Shown piece by piece: positions 1 through 12,459 of a stretch of DNA of 64,000 nt (position 1 is its first letter; every line of letters begins with the position of its first letter). Source of the DNA: Bispira polyomma (lineage: Eukaryota). Location: contig OZ287759.1 of NCBI GenBank assembly GCA_965649765.1, forward strand, positions 34,038,001 through 34,102,000, in the 5' to 3' direction. The notes below the pieces were generated by a model that did no database searches, was not told the DNA's origin, and saw only the letters and a list, made by a program, of their open reading frames with translations. The position numbers and the translations under genes were made by a program.

Positions 1-210
1 TTCAGGAATGATGATACTTCTACTGATGATATACCACAAACTTTAGAGAGGGTCAGTAATACTGAATGGTGAGATTTGTTTTGCAATTTAGAAATACTTG
101 ACATTTATTAACATTAGACTTACAGTAATTGTACATTGGCTATACATATAGATTTATATATAAATCACAATCTATTCATTTGATTACCAGTGATTCTGTC
201 ATTAGATTAT

Positions 211-1160
211 TGTTGTAGCCCCGGAATTTCCTGGGATATACGGAGCTCTGAGAATAAGTAGTGCCCCAAACTCCCGCGACGGGGAAATAAGCGGCTGTGG
301 CGGATGAGGACGTGGCCGGTGTACAAGATCATTACAAACAGTAAGTTATAAATTGTCTTTATGTGTTTATGTGTATTTATAAAGTGAACCTGTATATTAT
401 TGTATTCGTTGTTTGAAAATACAACATTATGAAGTTAATTTAGTGTTTAAGTATATGCTTTATTAAAGATAAATACAGGGTAATTCCAGAAGAAAAAATA
501 ACATTTAGAAGGAACTATTTTTCGAAAATGTGTACATTCTGAAAATGCAGACGAGGTAAATTGCCTTTGTCTAATGTCCTTTGGGTGAGTAACTATGGAA
601 AATAAATAAATGTATTATTATTCATAAATGTCACTATAATAACCATCCAGAAAGTACTGTATTGCCATTAAAAGCTAGTATCTTATAGAATGTAATTATA
701 TACTGTGGGAAAGCTGTTAGTGAAAATTATAGGAAAACTTTAATAATTAATTCAAGCAACTATGAAATTTGTCCACTCACATCGAATACACATTTACAAC
801 TTGAAAAAAAGAACAAAACAAAAAACCAACTAGGAACAAGAAAGACTTGGAAGTAGAATTTATATAGATATTTGATTGTGAACTAGATCCCCGGTTCGGT
901 ACCATAATGTTATTTTATATGTACTGCGTATTATGTGATTGATTGACCGTGATTATATATTATTTTGTTGCAATGTGTGCTATATGTTAACTAGTATTGC
1001 CCGAATTATTGTAAAGTAAAATAATTCAGTGAAACTTTAGAAAAGACGTAGATCTGAGAGTGATTTGTATGATGTGGAAAGTGGTGATCTGAATCAAATG
1101 GAAGGTAAGTTATGGGATAAGTTAATTGAGATCAGAGGTATTGGTCCAGAGTGAGCTACA
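211..1160 (+). repeat. LTR (probable solo LTR of a related Gypsy subfamily) flanked by 5-bp ATTAT duplication
   Basis: Starts TGTTGTAGC, ends GCTACA. ATTAT lies at 206-210 and 1161-1165. First ~268 nt align to the 3' LTR (8998-9265). No TGG-type PBS after 1160. Confidence 0.75.
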
Positions 1161-1165
1161 ATTAT

Positions 1166-3273
1166 CATAGAGGCAATGAATGCAAATGGAGGTGAGTTAA
1201 CAGAGAGACAATTCTTTCTTTTGCCGAATATTCCTTTGGATGTCAAGGACACAATAGTGTTTGTTAACATTTAAACAACCGTTAGCCATTGGTAGAAAAG
1301 AAGGTGATATTGCTGAGGTTATCACTTTAAGGAAACAAGCTAGTAGCATGATGCTCGCTAATGTTGACAAATCCAGAAACCGTATGGTGGCAATGGATAG
1401 AACAAGTGAAATGAACAGAAATACTGAAACAATTGTTAAAACACTTGACGGAATGGGAGGTTTGGGATCAGTATATCATAGATACCGTGATTCTTCAGTG
1501 ATTAATCAACAGTTGTTGGGTAAAAGGAAGTTACAGGAGCTTAAACATGAGCGGGATCGAATACAAGAAAGATTCAGGTGTAAGCAAGAGAAACTGGAAC
1601 AAGAATCTTGGGTGCGTCGGGATACTTATAGACAGAAATTGCAGAATGATTTATTAAAGCTATTGGAGGACTACAGTGAGGTTTTAATGAGTCACAGAAT
1701 GCCAGGTGATGTAGCAGAGTTTTTCACTACCATGACTGTACCACCACCTGAAGTAACTGGATGTCAGAAAGTACGACACAAAAAATGGTAGTACCACCAA
1801 AGGCACCAGACAGTTTACAATTAGGTGAGTCTACATCTTATAGTGCTCCTGTGACAAGTGTATTTGCTACAACTGCAAGTGTTGCACAGCCATCTGTAAC
1901 ACCGGCACCATTGACCACAAGCACCATAATGTCCACTGTTATGCAAGTGCTACTAGTTTCATTGTCACGTAGTGTAACCGTTACCGCAGGCACAGCATTG
2001 TCCGCTACTTCTTTACTGCTACCTACTTCAATGACAGCTAGTACACCAACACCAGTGGCGACAGCAAGTGCATTTGTACCACTTCCACCAAGAAGGGAAG
2101 TAGAAATGCCATGGCTAAAGGTATCGAGCTTTGAGGGAGTAGCTTGGAAAGCTTTTATTCAGCAGTTTAAATTGTTGGCCATACAGTACAAGTGGACAGA
2201 TGAAGAAAAGATCCAGCGATTGTTTGTTTTATTGCGCAGTAAGACAACACAAACCAACTACACAGAAATCAAAAACAGGTTCACAGCTAAGTTTGACAAG
2301 AAAGATCTACCAAGAACTGCACAGAACCAGCTACTTAGTATCAGACAGAATTTAGATGAAGATCTAGAAGATTTTTCGGAGAGTACAGAAGCTTGTGTTG
2401 CGTGGTTATCCTGAGACCGCAATGGTTAATACAGAACTGTTTGCCATTGAATACTTTTTGAAGGGATGCAAGGACAAGCAAGCTGCATTCCAGATATTGC
2501 ATACTCGACCACAGACCTTGGGAGAAGCCTTGATCCGAGTGAAAGATTCTGTACAACATAAACAGACCATTTATGGAGAAAGGGTTGTCAAGGACTTGCA
2601 ACAGGTTTCAATGAATCCTAGTGATGCAGAAAAGATCTGATGGTCAGGAACTTGTTCGCAGAAATCAAATAACAATCCCGCGTTGAAGTTGTTAAAACCA
2701 ATTACAGTCGAACTTAACAATAGTTGAACTTAACAAACATCAGAGTCAGAAATCTTCAGATAGGGGACATTCTGATAGAAACAGTCAAGGTTGTGCAGAA
2801 AGAACTTATGTTATAACTGTGGGAACGAAGGACACTTAAAAGCAAACTGCCCATCAGCAAGTAGAAATTCTGTTGGTAAGTGCTTCAATTGTGGGAATAC
2901 TGGGCACATCAAGGTGAATTGTTCATCACCAAGGAATTCACCAGGTAGGTTGTTACAGTGTTTTGGTTGTGGGAAAATTGGTCATTTGCATAGAGATTGT
3001 AGACAGTCACCAAGGCATTATGGATCCGGATCCGGACGCTTTTTTCCTAGAGGTAGGTACTCACCAAACAAGTATGGACGAGAATCTAGTTATGATTATA
3101 GATCAGGTAGAAGCCCGTGTTCTAGTGATGGTGATGATAGGAGAAATAGGTCAGGGTCATGCACTTCCACAAATGACAACCACTTTGACAGGTATGTTTC
3201 TCCTGTGAGGAGAGGAAGTGAAGGTTATAAAAGTCCACTACGTGTAGATAGATTGTCAAATAGTCCAGTTTAA
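1166..3273 (+). pseudogene. gag: Gypsy gag (frameshifted): coiled-coil, S/T-rich linker, capsid-like region and three CCHC zinc knuckles
   Basis: ORFs 1261-1791, 1761-2414, 2395-2640, 2791-3273. Knuckles CYNCGNEGHLKANC, CFNCGNTGHIKVNC, CFGCGKIGHLHRDC, followed by an RS-rich tail. Confidence 0.88.
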
Positions 3274-3499
3274 AGTTAGTCGCGTGTGTTTAGCGAAGAA
3301 AGTTGTTTTGCAACTGTGTTCAGTTACAATTATGTGTGCAACTACTGACTTGAATAGTCCTGGTAGTACTTTTGTGTTGCTCTTTTTTGGAGTTGCTTGT
3401 GAAGTAGATTCTATATTTGAAGACACTTCATGTGACATTGACAATGACAACCCAACTTTAACTACTAGCAAAATTCCACAAGTAAGACAAACAATGCTA

Positions 3500-6244
3500 G
3501 GAAAATCAAAATTTCCACCACATCTAGTGGATTTATACAAAAACTCGTACTAATTTAAACCATGAGCAACAGTGTAAATTGAAACATTTACTTAGTGATT
3601 ATTCTGATGTGTTTGCCAACATGAGTTTGAGTGTTTTAAGGAGATATTACACCAAATTGATACCGTTGACGTGAAACCAGTTAGGCAACAGATGAGACGA
3701 GCTCCAATCGGTTTTGAGCGGGAAGAGAAGACTTGTGTTCAAAACATAATTAAGTCTGGAGTTAAACAAGAGTCTTGTTCTGAGTGGGCATCGCCACCAG
3801 TGTTAATACGGAAAAAGGATGGCTCAGTTAGATATGCAATTGACTACAGGAAATTGAATTTTTTAACTGTAACCGCCATTATAACCCGGCTTGGTTTATT
3901 TGAGCATGTACGAATGGGTTTTGGTTTGTGCAATGCACCAGCAACATTTCGGAGGATTATACAGCTGGTATTGCGAGGTTTGACCTGGAATCATGTACTT
4001 TGTTATATAGATGACGTTGTAGTTTTAGGCAAAGACTTTGAGGACCATTTACAGAACCTTGTCGCTACTCTAGACCGTTTTCAGAAATATGACCTCCGGT
4101 TGAAGCCCAGAAAATGCATTTTGTTCCAAAAACAGGTTAAGTTCTTGGGAAAAATGGTGAATAGTAAGGGAATATCAGTGAATCCTGAAAGCATAGAAGA
4201 AATACAAAAATGGCCAACGCCAGTTAACCGGAAGGAAGTTGAACAGTTTCTAGAATTTGTAAACTACCATCGTGAACACTGAAAAAGATTTCGCTGAAAC
4301 AGCGCATTGCTTATACCAACTGACAGGTAGTAAGGTCAATTCCACAAATTTCCGTTGGTTGGAAGAGCATGGTAAGGCATTTCACAAGTTAAAGGAGCAA
4401 TTGACATTGGCACCTTTATTGACATATCCTAATAACCATGATTTGTTTGTGTTAGACACTGATGCTTCTGATGGAGCCATTGGAGCAGAATTGCTTCAAA
4501 TACAGGATGGACAGGAAAAAGTGATCAGTCACAGAAGTTAAATTTTATCTCCTGAGAAAAAGAAATATTGTACTACTCGTAAGGAACTTTTGGCTATAGT
4601 AAAATTTACTAGTCACTGCAGACATTTTTTGTTGGGTCAAAAAATTGTAGTTCGGACTGACCATAGCAGTTTGGCAAGGTTGATGCGATTTAAATATATA
4701 GAGGGTCAATTAGCCAGATGGCTTGAGGAGCTTGGTCAATGTGATATGACTATTATTCATCGGGCAGGTGTAAAACATGCCAATGCGGATGGACTATTTC
4801 GAATACCGGATAGAACAAAGATATGTAATTGTTATGTAGCAGGGGTAGAACCGACGGAATTGCCTTCTGGTGGTTGTTCTTATTGTGTGAGAGCACAGAA
4901 ACAATGGGGACAGTTTAATGACGTAGATGATGTAGTTCCCTTAGCTATGAAAACTGACCCCTTGACTATTAGTAGATCAGAGATAGAACCCTGGTTTCCA
5001 GGATTGTCTAAGGATGAGATTAGATCTGCTCAAGAAAATGACAATTGAGTTATCACATGACATTCCAAGTTCAGGACATTTGGGAATGAATAAGACGTTG
5101 GACAAACTGAAACAAAATTTTGTTTGGTACAAAATAAATATTACTGTCAGAATTTTATTAGGACTTGTAGACAATGTAACATGAATAAAAAACTGTCCAA
5201 AAAACCTAACACTTCCTTGGAATTGTTTCATGCGGGAACACTGATAGGGCGTGTTCATGTTGACATGTTGGGACCGTTTATTCCAAGTGATCAAGGTAAT
5301 GTTTACATTCTGATGATAGTAGATCAGTTTACAAAGTGGCTTGAATGCTTCCCTGTTCCAGATGAAACTGCATAAACTGTTTCTAAGACAATTGTAGATA
5401 ATTTTATTGCTAGATTTGGTTGCCCATTGCAGGTTCACACTGATCAGGGACATAACTTTGACGAAAATCTGTTCCAACAGGTTTGTAAACTATTGCAAAT
5501 CACCAAGACTAGGACTACTCTGTATAGACCTAGTTCTAATGGACAAGTTAAGAGATATAATAAAACGCTTTTGAAAATAATGAGGTGTTACATTGAAGAT
5601 AATCAAAAAGTGTGGGACCAGGATTTGCAATTACTTGCAGGTGCCATTAGGGCTACCAAGAATAGACATACAGGTTATTCAGCTAACATGATGATGCGAG
5701 GTAAGGAGACTTCACAACTGGTAGATCTCATGCTAGGAGTAACAGATCAGAATCTTAGACAGCAAAATCCAGCTGAATATGTGCAACAATTACAGCAAAA
5801 GTTACAAAGTGTGCATACTTTTGCTAGAGACAATCTAAAGACCAGACTTTCATGACAAAAGAGGTCTATATTTAGCGACTAAGGTGCTTTCACCTATTTT
5901 GTAACGAATACCTGGGTAAAAAATCTGAATTGGTAGTGCATCATGATAGACTCAAAAATTGTGAGGATAGGTCAATACCCTTGTGGATTAGGAGAACGAG
6001 ACATCAGTTATTAGAAACCGAGGATGAGGAATTACTTGAGGATTTGAGTGAGGATTCAGGGTTACATTTAGACATTTTGTTTGGGGATGATAGTGAGGAA
6101 ATACCTGAAATTACTGACAATAGTGAATCTTTATTTGACACACCTGAGTTAGACCTTGATGAAGGTGTCTACTACAACTCTTGCGCCAGTGGTAGCTTCT
6201 TCCTATTTGATGACCTTTGTGTCCACTGGTGTCGTACAGACTAG
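3500..6244 (+). pseudogene. pol: Gypsy pol (RT, RNase H, integrase), disrupted; no protease motif recognisable
   Basis: WASPPVLIRKKDGSVRYAIDYRKLN, MGFGLCNAPATF and YIDD (RT). LDTDASDGAIGAEL and RTDHSSL (RNase H). VHVDMLGP, VDQFTKWLE, VHTDQG, SSNGQVKRYN (integrase core). VVHHDRLK C-terminus. Confidence 0.95.
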
Positions 6245-6575
6245 TTGTTTGCAGAGTTGTACTTCAACTACAGACAGTATAATTTTTCCCATACTTGCGA
6301 CCCCTAGGATCTCCACAGAAAGTTAGGGTGAGGATTTAGGTGGAGTAGAACAGAAACAACAGCATTTGAAGGTAACCTTGGACAGTACGGGTACTCCTGA
6401 TGATAGTGTGGCATTCAAGCAGGGGGATGAATAAGACAATCCAAGGGTGCAGGCTGCATTGGTGATTCACCAGAATGAGTATGCAGACGAAGAGCGAAGA
6501 TATGCGTGTTATGTGGATAAGTTATGACAATATGAGTCGGGTTATAGAGGAGAGGATCCGTTTTTGTCTGTTGAT

Positions 6576-7965
6576 ATGGAAAGGCAACCACCAGAGAAGA
6601 GGGCGAGAATAGTGTTTTCACAGGTACAGGGTGCAGTGATGCATACTGTAGCAAGAAACTTAACTCCCAGAAAAGAATGCATCGCGAAGGGGTGCACATT
6701 AGTAACAAAGAAGATGCGCATACACATAGAAAATGCTCATTTGCCAGCGTTCTCTGCTAGAGAATGCTTGGACATGAAGTTAATTTATAACTATCTTTTG
6801 AGGTTGTCTGGACATTTGAATGTAGAAGGAATAGAAGGTTTATTGAAATATTGTCGAGATTCGAGAGTATACCCGTCGCAGGAAACCACAATGTTCATCA
6901 CACCTTGGGATGAGAAGTTAGCGAGCGATTTCATGGACTTTTTGCATGAGGAACAACCCAGATGTAGGATTACCATTTCACCACCAAATTGTGCGGGAAG
7001 TCTTATTGGTGCATGGTGATTTCTATTATGATTTCTGTGGAGATTATAAGATTGGCTAGTGATTCTTTCGCATCAACGCTGGGTTCATCTCCTCATGGGG
7101 AGATGATTGATAGTCATGCTCATGTGTCGGATTGGCTTGATTGGTATGCGCTTTGCCAGACTGGCTTCAGGGATTTTGGACAGGTAATGAAGTTGACGAA
7201 ACCAACCCGTTTGAAGTATGTGAAGATGGCTGCTTTGATGAATGTGTACTGTTTTCCGGATAAGGTGGAGAACAGTTCACTTGTTTTCCAAAATTTCGGA
7301 GTACATCCGAAAGCGTGCAACAAGTACAGTCAAGAAGCTTTAAATGCTGTTAATGCAGCTAGTCGGTATCCATTATGTGTTGCTATTGGAGAAGTTGGCT
7401 TGAATTACTCTAGCAAAAACCACAATAGAAAAAGTCAAAAGGACATGTTGAAGGAACAGTTGTTATTGCAAACAAGTGTTGTTTGTCTGTGGTGATTTAT
7501 TGTCGGGATAGAGCGTGCCGTAGTGAGGCTTACAACGATTGCCTTCAGATTTTGTCTGAGAGTTTGTCATCTGCACATCCCACTTATCTGCATTGTTTCA
7601 CGGCGGGAAAACAGATTTGTAAGAATTGGTCAGCAAGATTTCCCGCAGTGTACTTCGGTGCTTCACCGAAAATAGTGTATAGAAACACTCATAAAGAGAA
7701 CGATCAAGTATTCCCGGAAGTGTCATTAAAAAAAAATTCTTCTTGAATCGGATGCTCTGTATCAACCTAACCGCGCTGTGGACGCTGACAAGAATACTTC
7801 ATGGGACATTTCTTTGTTGGGGAGAAATTGGCCGAAATTAGAAACATTTCAGTGCAGGCAGTGATACGGACCACTCGTTTTAATGCTGAGGCATTTTTTA
7901 AATTGGCAGGGAAATTGAAACAGACAATGGTGTTAGTAGATTCCCTTTTAAAGGGAATGGGGTGA
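6576..7965 (+). pseudogene. Extra LTR-element ORF: C2H2-like zinc-finger domain fused to TatD-family metal-dependent nuclease (frameshifted)
   Basis: Across the frames: CIAKGC-x9-HIENAH; MIDSHAH; FGVHPK; VAIGEVGLNY; VVIYCRD; YLHCFT; ILLESDA; then LAEIRNISVQAVIRTTRFNAEAFF, stop at 7963-7965. This is the ordered TatD motif set. Confidence 0.88.
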
Positions 7966-8235
7966 AGACTGTTTAGTACATTTGTTGTAGTGTTGTTTTC
8001 ACCTTATGGGTGAGTGTATGGGTTAGTTGTTATTACGCTGTTCCTACCTATCTTGTAACTACCTTTTTACTACCTTGTTTCTACCTTGTTGAATCCTCTG
8101 TTATTCGCTTTTAAAGGTGAATTGGGAAAATAAAAATGAACATAATTTGACTGAATATGGGTATTTCACCTCTGAGGTGAAATTTAATAATATGCTTTGT
8201 GTGCATTCAGACAAAGGACAGTCCATGAAGGTGTG

Positions 8236-8369
8236 GGTGTCCGTTGGTGGGCAGAAATTCAAGGCCCCTTCTATCATGAGACAAGTCTGTTTCTGTTGGC
8301 TTGGTGTCCGTTGGTGGGCAGAAATTCAAAGCCCCTCATATCACGAGACAAATCTGTTTCTGTTGGCTT
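8236..8369 (+). repeat. Tandem duplication of a 67-bp unit in the Gypsy 3' UTR
   Basis: GGTGTCCGTTGGTGGGCAGAAATTCAA...TTTCTGTTGGCTT at 8236 and 8303, few mismatches. Confidence 0.9.
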
Positions 8370-8997
8370 GTAGGAAACCTCAAACTTCTTCATTGCATTG
8401 CAATGTTCATCTCTCACTCTATTCACCTTTCACTACATTGTCACCGATGCGGCAATACGGGTGAGTGTGGCTGTAAAGCCGTCTCTCAGTTGAGGAGGCC
8501 TGGGAGGGTCCTCCACTGAGGAGCCGGTGTGACCATCGTTGTGCATCACTTTTGAGCTGTGAACTGGACTTGGTTTGCCGGACCACTCTGGAGACGTATC
8601 CCAAAAAGTGTGAAGTTGTTGTGAATTGTGATCATGTGATAAACGAAGAAGTGGAATATGATCATAGTTTTATAATGGAATCAGCTTATAGATGAGTGAT
8701 AAATAGAATTAATAATTAGATCAGTTAATGGCTGAGTGTTAAATGGAACCGAGAGTCTAATCGGCTATTAGCTGAGTGTGGTATCACGGTGATTAGTGAA
8801 ATAGGATACACGGCTGATCACGGGAATATTATCTGGATACATCAGTGATTAGCAGGATGAATTACTAGTGAATGTGTTGCTTCATCTCGTAGTTCTCAGA
8901 AGGATACCACATGCGGGCCATCTCGGTCATACTGTCAGGATATACTACATGTCAATCCACGGTCACGGAAGCTGCCTTTTAAGAAAACGAGGAGGAG

Positions 8998-9373
8998 TGT
9001 TGTAGCCCTGGAAATTCCCAGGATATGCAGAGCTCCGAGAATTAGTAGCACCCCCAACTCCTGCGACGAGTATATAAGCGGATGTGGCTGATGAAGACGT
9101 GGCCAGTGTACAAGATCATTTCAAACAGTGAGTTATATATTGTCTTTATGTGTTTATGTGTATTTATAAAGTGAACCTGTATATTATTGTATTCGTTGTT
9201 TGAAAATACAACATTATGAAGTTAATTTAGTGTTTAAGTATATGCTTTATTAAAGATAAATACAGATTCGTTTTGTCCTGGGAGAGTATGTGTAATAAAA
9301 ACAAGCACATTAATTTCTTGAGTAACTGTGCTTTTTGACAAATCATATGTACTATGAAAATGGGGAGCTTACA
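8998..9373 (+). repeat. 3' LTR of the Gypsy element
   Basis: Follows the PPT directly. Begins TGTTGTAGCC, is homologous to 211-478, contains AATAAA near 9295 and probably ends GAGCTTACA (end position less certain). Confidence 0.8.
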
Positions 9374-11292
9374 ACTATTTGATAACCTAGGACTGTCTTA
9401 CATATATACAACACCTTTATCAGTGGATAAGTATTAAGCAAGAGAATGCTCTGTATTTATAGGTGGTATTCAAGTGCAAGTCTAACTGTTTTAATACAAC
9501 AAAGTGGTGTCCTATATATATCATATTTAAATGCAGCTATAAATAGATTTAATCTTGCTAAATGAGCTCTTTTTTACCTCCCGACGTAAATGTGGAAATT
9601 GTGCTTTCATGTTGACTGCCATCGAGTCTGTAGGTTGTAAGGAGGTAGAGGGAGTTATGGTTAAATCTGATGAGATAAAAGGATTAAGGTTGTGTGACAA
9701 AATATTCAGGTTTTTAACCTATAACTATGGATACAGGCAGAATTACAAAGCCATGAAGAAACCATGTAAAAATATATATATATACACAGCTTATAAATAG
9801 TTTGTAAGATTGTGCTAACAATACTAAGGAAAATATCAGAGTTCCTGTTCCCTTATGTGTTGTCCGTATTATCAGAGATAAGTTTCCTACACTTGATTTT
9901 ATGAGATGATTTTATTCCACTTGTCTCTTTCACCAATTGGGTGTAACATATATACAAGCAAGAAATGAAATGTTATACATTGACAAGGTAATAGCCAGCC
10001 CTAATGGGCTTATTAGTCACTATTAATCCTATTAAAATGACAGTTTAACAATAACTATACCTAAATTGCTTAAAATTTACTACTAAGTAACACATTTCTG
10101 TTTCTCACATTTACCTAATTTATTATAACTGTTCAAACGATTATTTTCTAAAACAGGAGAGATACACAAGAAATGGATTTCGTCTTTAACACCGGTGTTA
10201 CAAAGTTTACATATTCTTTCATCAACATTTTTTCTATTACTTTCAAGTTTCTATCTGAAGGGGTAAAATTACTATTTTTAAGTGTAGCGCTTCAAGCTTT
10301 TCTTTTATAAGTCCCATATTGATTTCTTGCCCATTATCAAAATACTCAGAACAATTTACTGAATTATGTATATCACACACATGAGACTACCATGTGTCTG
10401 CTGTAAAATTTTTCAAACTCCATTTAAATATGTTTATTGTTACTTCGATCCATTTTACAAATTTTATTCCACAAACGCAAAGTTGATATAAATATCTATA
10501 TTTAGGAAGCAGGCAGCCCATATCGCCTTGGAATGCAAGAACTGGAGCATTTCTGCAAACCAAGATAAAATCTTACTGCTCTATTTTGGACTTTCTCAGT
10601 AAGGTTGTAGTTATTATGTCCCCAGATACTTGAACAATATTCTATTATGGGCAAACACAAGTATTTGTATAAGTTTTATAATTCAGAGCTTTGAAAGTTT
10701 TAAATTTTCCAATTACTATTTTGAGTGCTTTTCCTCCTGCATCAGATAATACCGGTGAATATTCCTGGAGATTTCTTATTTTTGCCTATTAATTTGTTTA
10801 TCCACCACTGTCATTTCAATATATGCGCTTAACAATATATTTGGTGGAGATGAAAATTTGTTCTGGCTTTCTAATTATTTTAAGAGTGAACAAATAGAAC
10901 TGTAGAAATAATCATACTTATTATTTACAGAATCATTGCTATTGTAAACACTGCTAAAATCACTCTTCTATTTATCTAGTACTTCATTGATGGTATGTCG
11001 AGCACGACAACTTTAGGGGTCTGCTGAATCAGTTCACCATCTCAATAAATACCCCTTTTAAAAAGACTATTCTTGTTCACACACATTTTCCTTACACATG
11101 TCCTAATGAACCAATCACTAAATAGGCCACCCTTTATTAGAAATTGTATCCCCACTTTTGGGTGCCATATTGGACCAAGGATTAGAAGGGTCAACAACAA
11201 ATAAAAAAAAAAATTTTTTAACTGTGATACATTTAAAGTTTTATGTTCTTTTAAAACAAGTGATTTTATTAGTGTTTTAATATTTACACAAT

Positions 11293-12400
11293 ATGGGGAA
11301 GACGAAAACACCAGGTAGTGTTTCGTTATCCAAGAAGAAAACGACCTCTAAACGCGGGACAACCAAAGGCACAGATCCAGTAGTTAGGAAACTTACGATC
11401 ACAAAGGAGACAGAAGCACAGACAGCGACGGGTGAGAATGGTATTTCAGACATAATGACTATTTTAAAAAGGCTGGAATCAGCAAATTCTGAAATTAATA
11501 GACGGCTCGATAAGGTGGAATTTAGAGGTGCCTGTAACTCGACCCCATTAACCTCTCCTACACAGCAGGGCGCCAACAATACCATGATAGAACTACGGCC
11601 ACCCATTGCAGACAAACTTCCCCTGATTCCGCCGGGTAATCAGTACGTCCCTCACACGCATACAGACGTCCACGCGGCTCAGGCCATTCAGTACAGGGCC
11701 CCAGTGGCTGCTCTTCACCAAGACTACCAGCGGGATGGCATTATCCCTCGACCGGATGTTTTGAAGACCCTACCTGAGGTTAACGCTGCAGTAAATCAAC
11801 GACTGGCGGCTTATGACGTGCAGCTTAGGACGGACCTGTCGCAAGGTAAGACCTCCCTCAGACACAAATCCGGTCGGTTTAACACCACGGACGTTATTAC
11901 GTCTGATCCACAATCTCAGTGGTCAAACGACCTAGCTTTGATGACCTCTCACTGTCACAGTGGGCTGCCAGGCAGTTATTTAACATTGTACAAGTCTCAG
12001 ATGCCACTACCATGCGGCACATGATGTACCAAATGATTTATACTCTGATGGATTCGGCTTCTCTTCCCTGGCCAGCTGGTAGAGCAGGTTGGGCATTGAA
12101 CATGCAGGAGGTGGAAGAGGGTAGACTGGATTGGTCGAACTCTACACAGTGGGCTCTAAATCGCATGAATACATCGCAGCTGGCTCTGATTAACGGCCAC
12201 GTCGTGCAGGCCCAACAGGCATCACAGGCATCACAAAAACTTGCAGTTTCCAACTTATCATGACATGTCAGGTTTTTGCACAAGGGAGTGGGATCAGGCA
12301 GGTAATACTTTCAATTATACACGCTTGGAAGCCATGCCAGGCTTTCGGTTAGATGTTGTAGAAAGGCAGGAAATCATCATGACCAGTCACAGCTGGAACA
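11293..12400 (+). pseudogene. Element A ORF1 (gag-like), frameshifted
   Basis: Coiled-coil (ILKRLESANSEINRRLDKVE), KSGRF, RPSFDDLSLSQW and EVEEGRLDW blocks shared with ORF1 of elements C, D and E. Confidence 0.75.
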
Positions 12401-12459
12401 GGGCATATAAGTTTAACGACAAGGAAATGATGGGGGCAGCAGACGCTCATGACAACTAT

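Larger units (their letters stand above)
1..9373 (+). mobile_element. Decayed Ty3/Gypsy LTR retrotransposon (own 5' LTR probably upstream of the window) carrying an extra zinc-finger/TatD ORF
   Basis: Domain order gag(CCHC x3)-RT-RNaseH-integrase is Gypsy-type. Polypurine tract AAGAAAACGAGGAGGAG (8981-8997) abuts a TG...CA LTR. Many stops and frameshifts. Confidence 0.93.

Noticed and set aside
3284-3553. Gypsy aspartic protease
   Set aside because: No D(T/S)G motif visible; the region looks internally deleted.
7103-7965. Host TATDN gene
   Set aside because: Intronless, inside the LTR-bounded unit before the PPT, and decayed like the surrounding pol.
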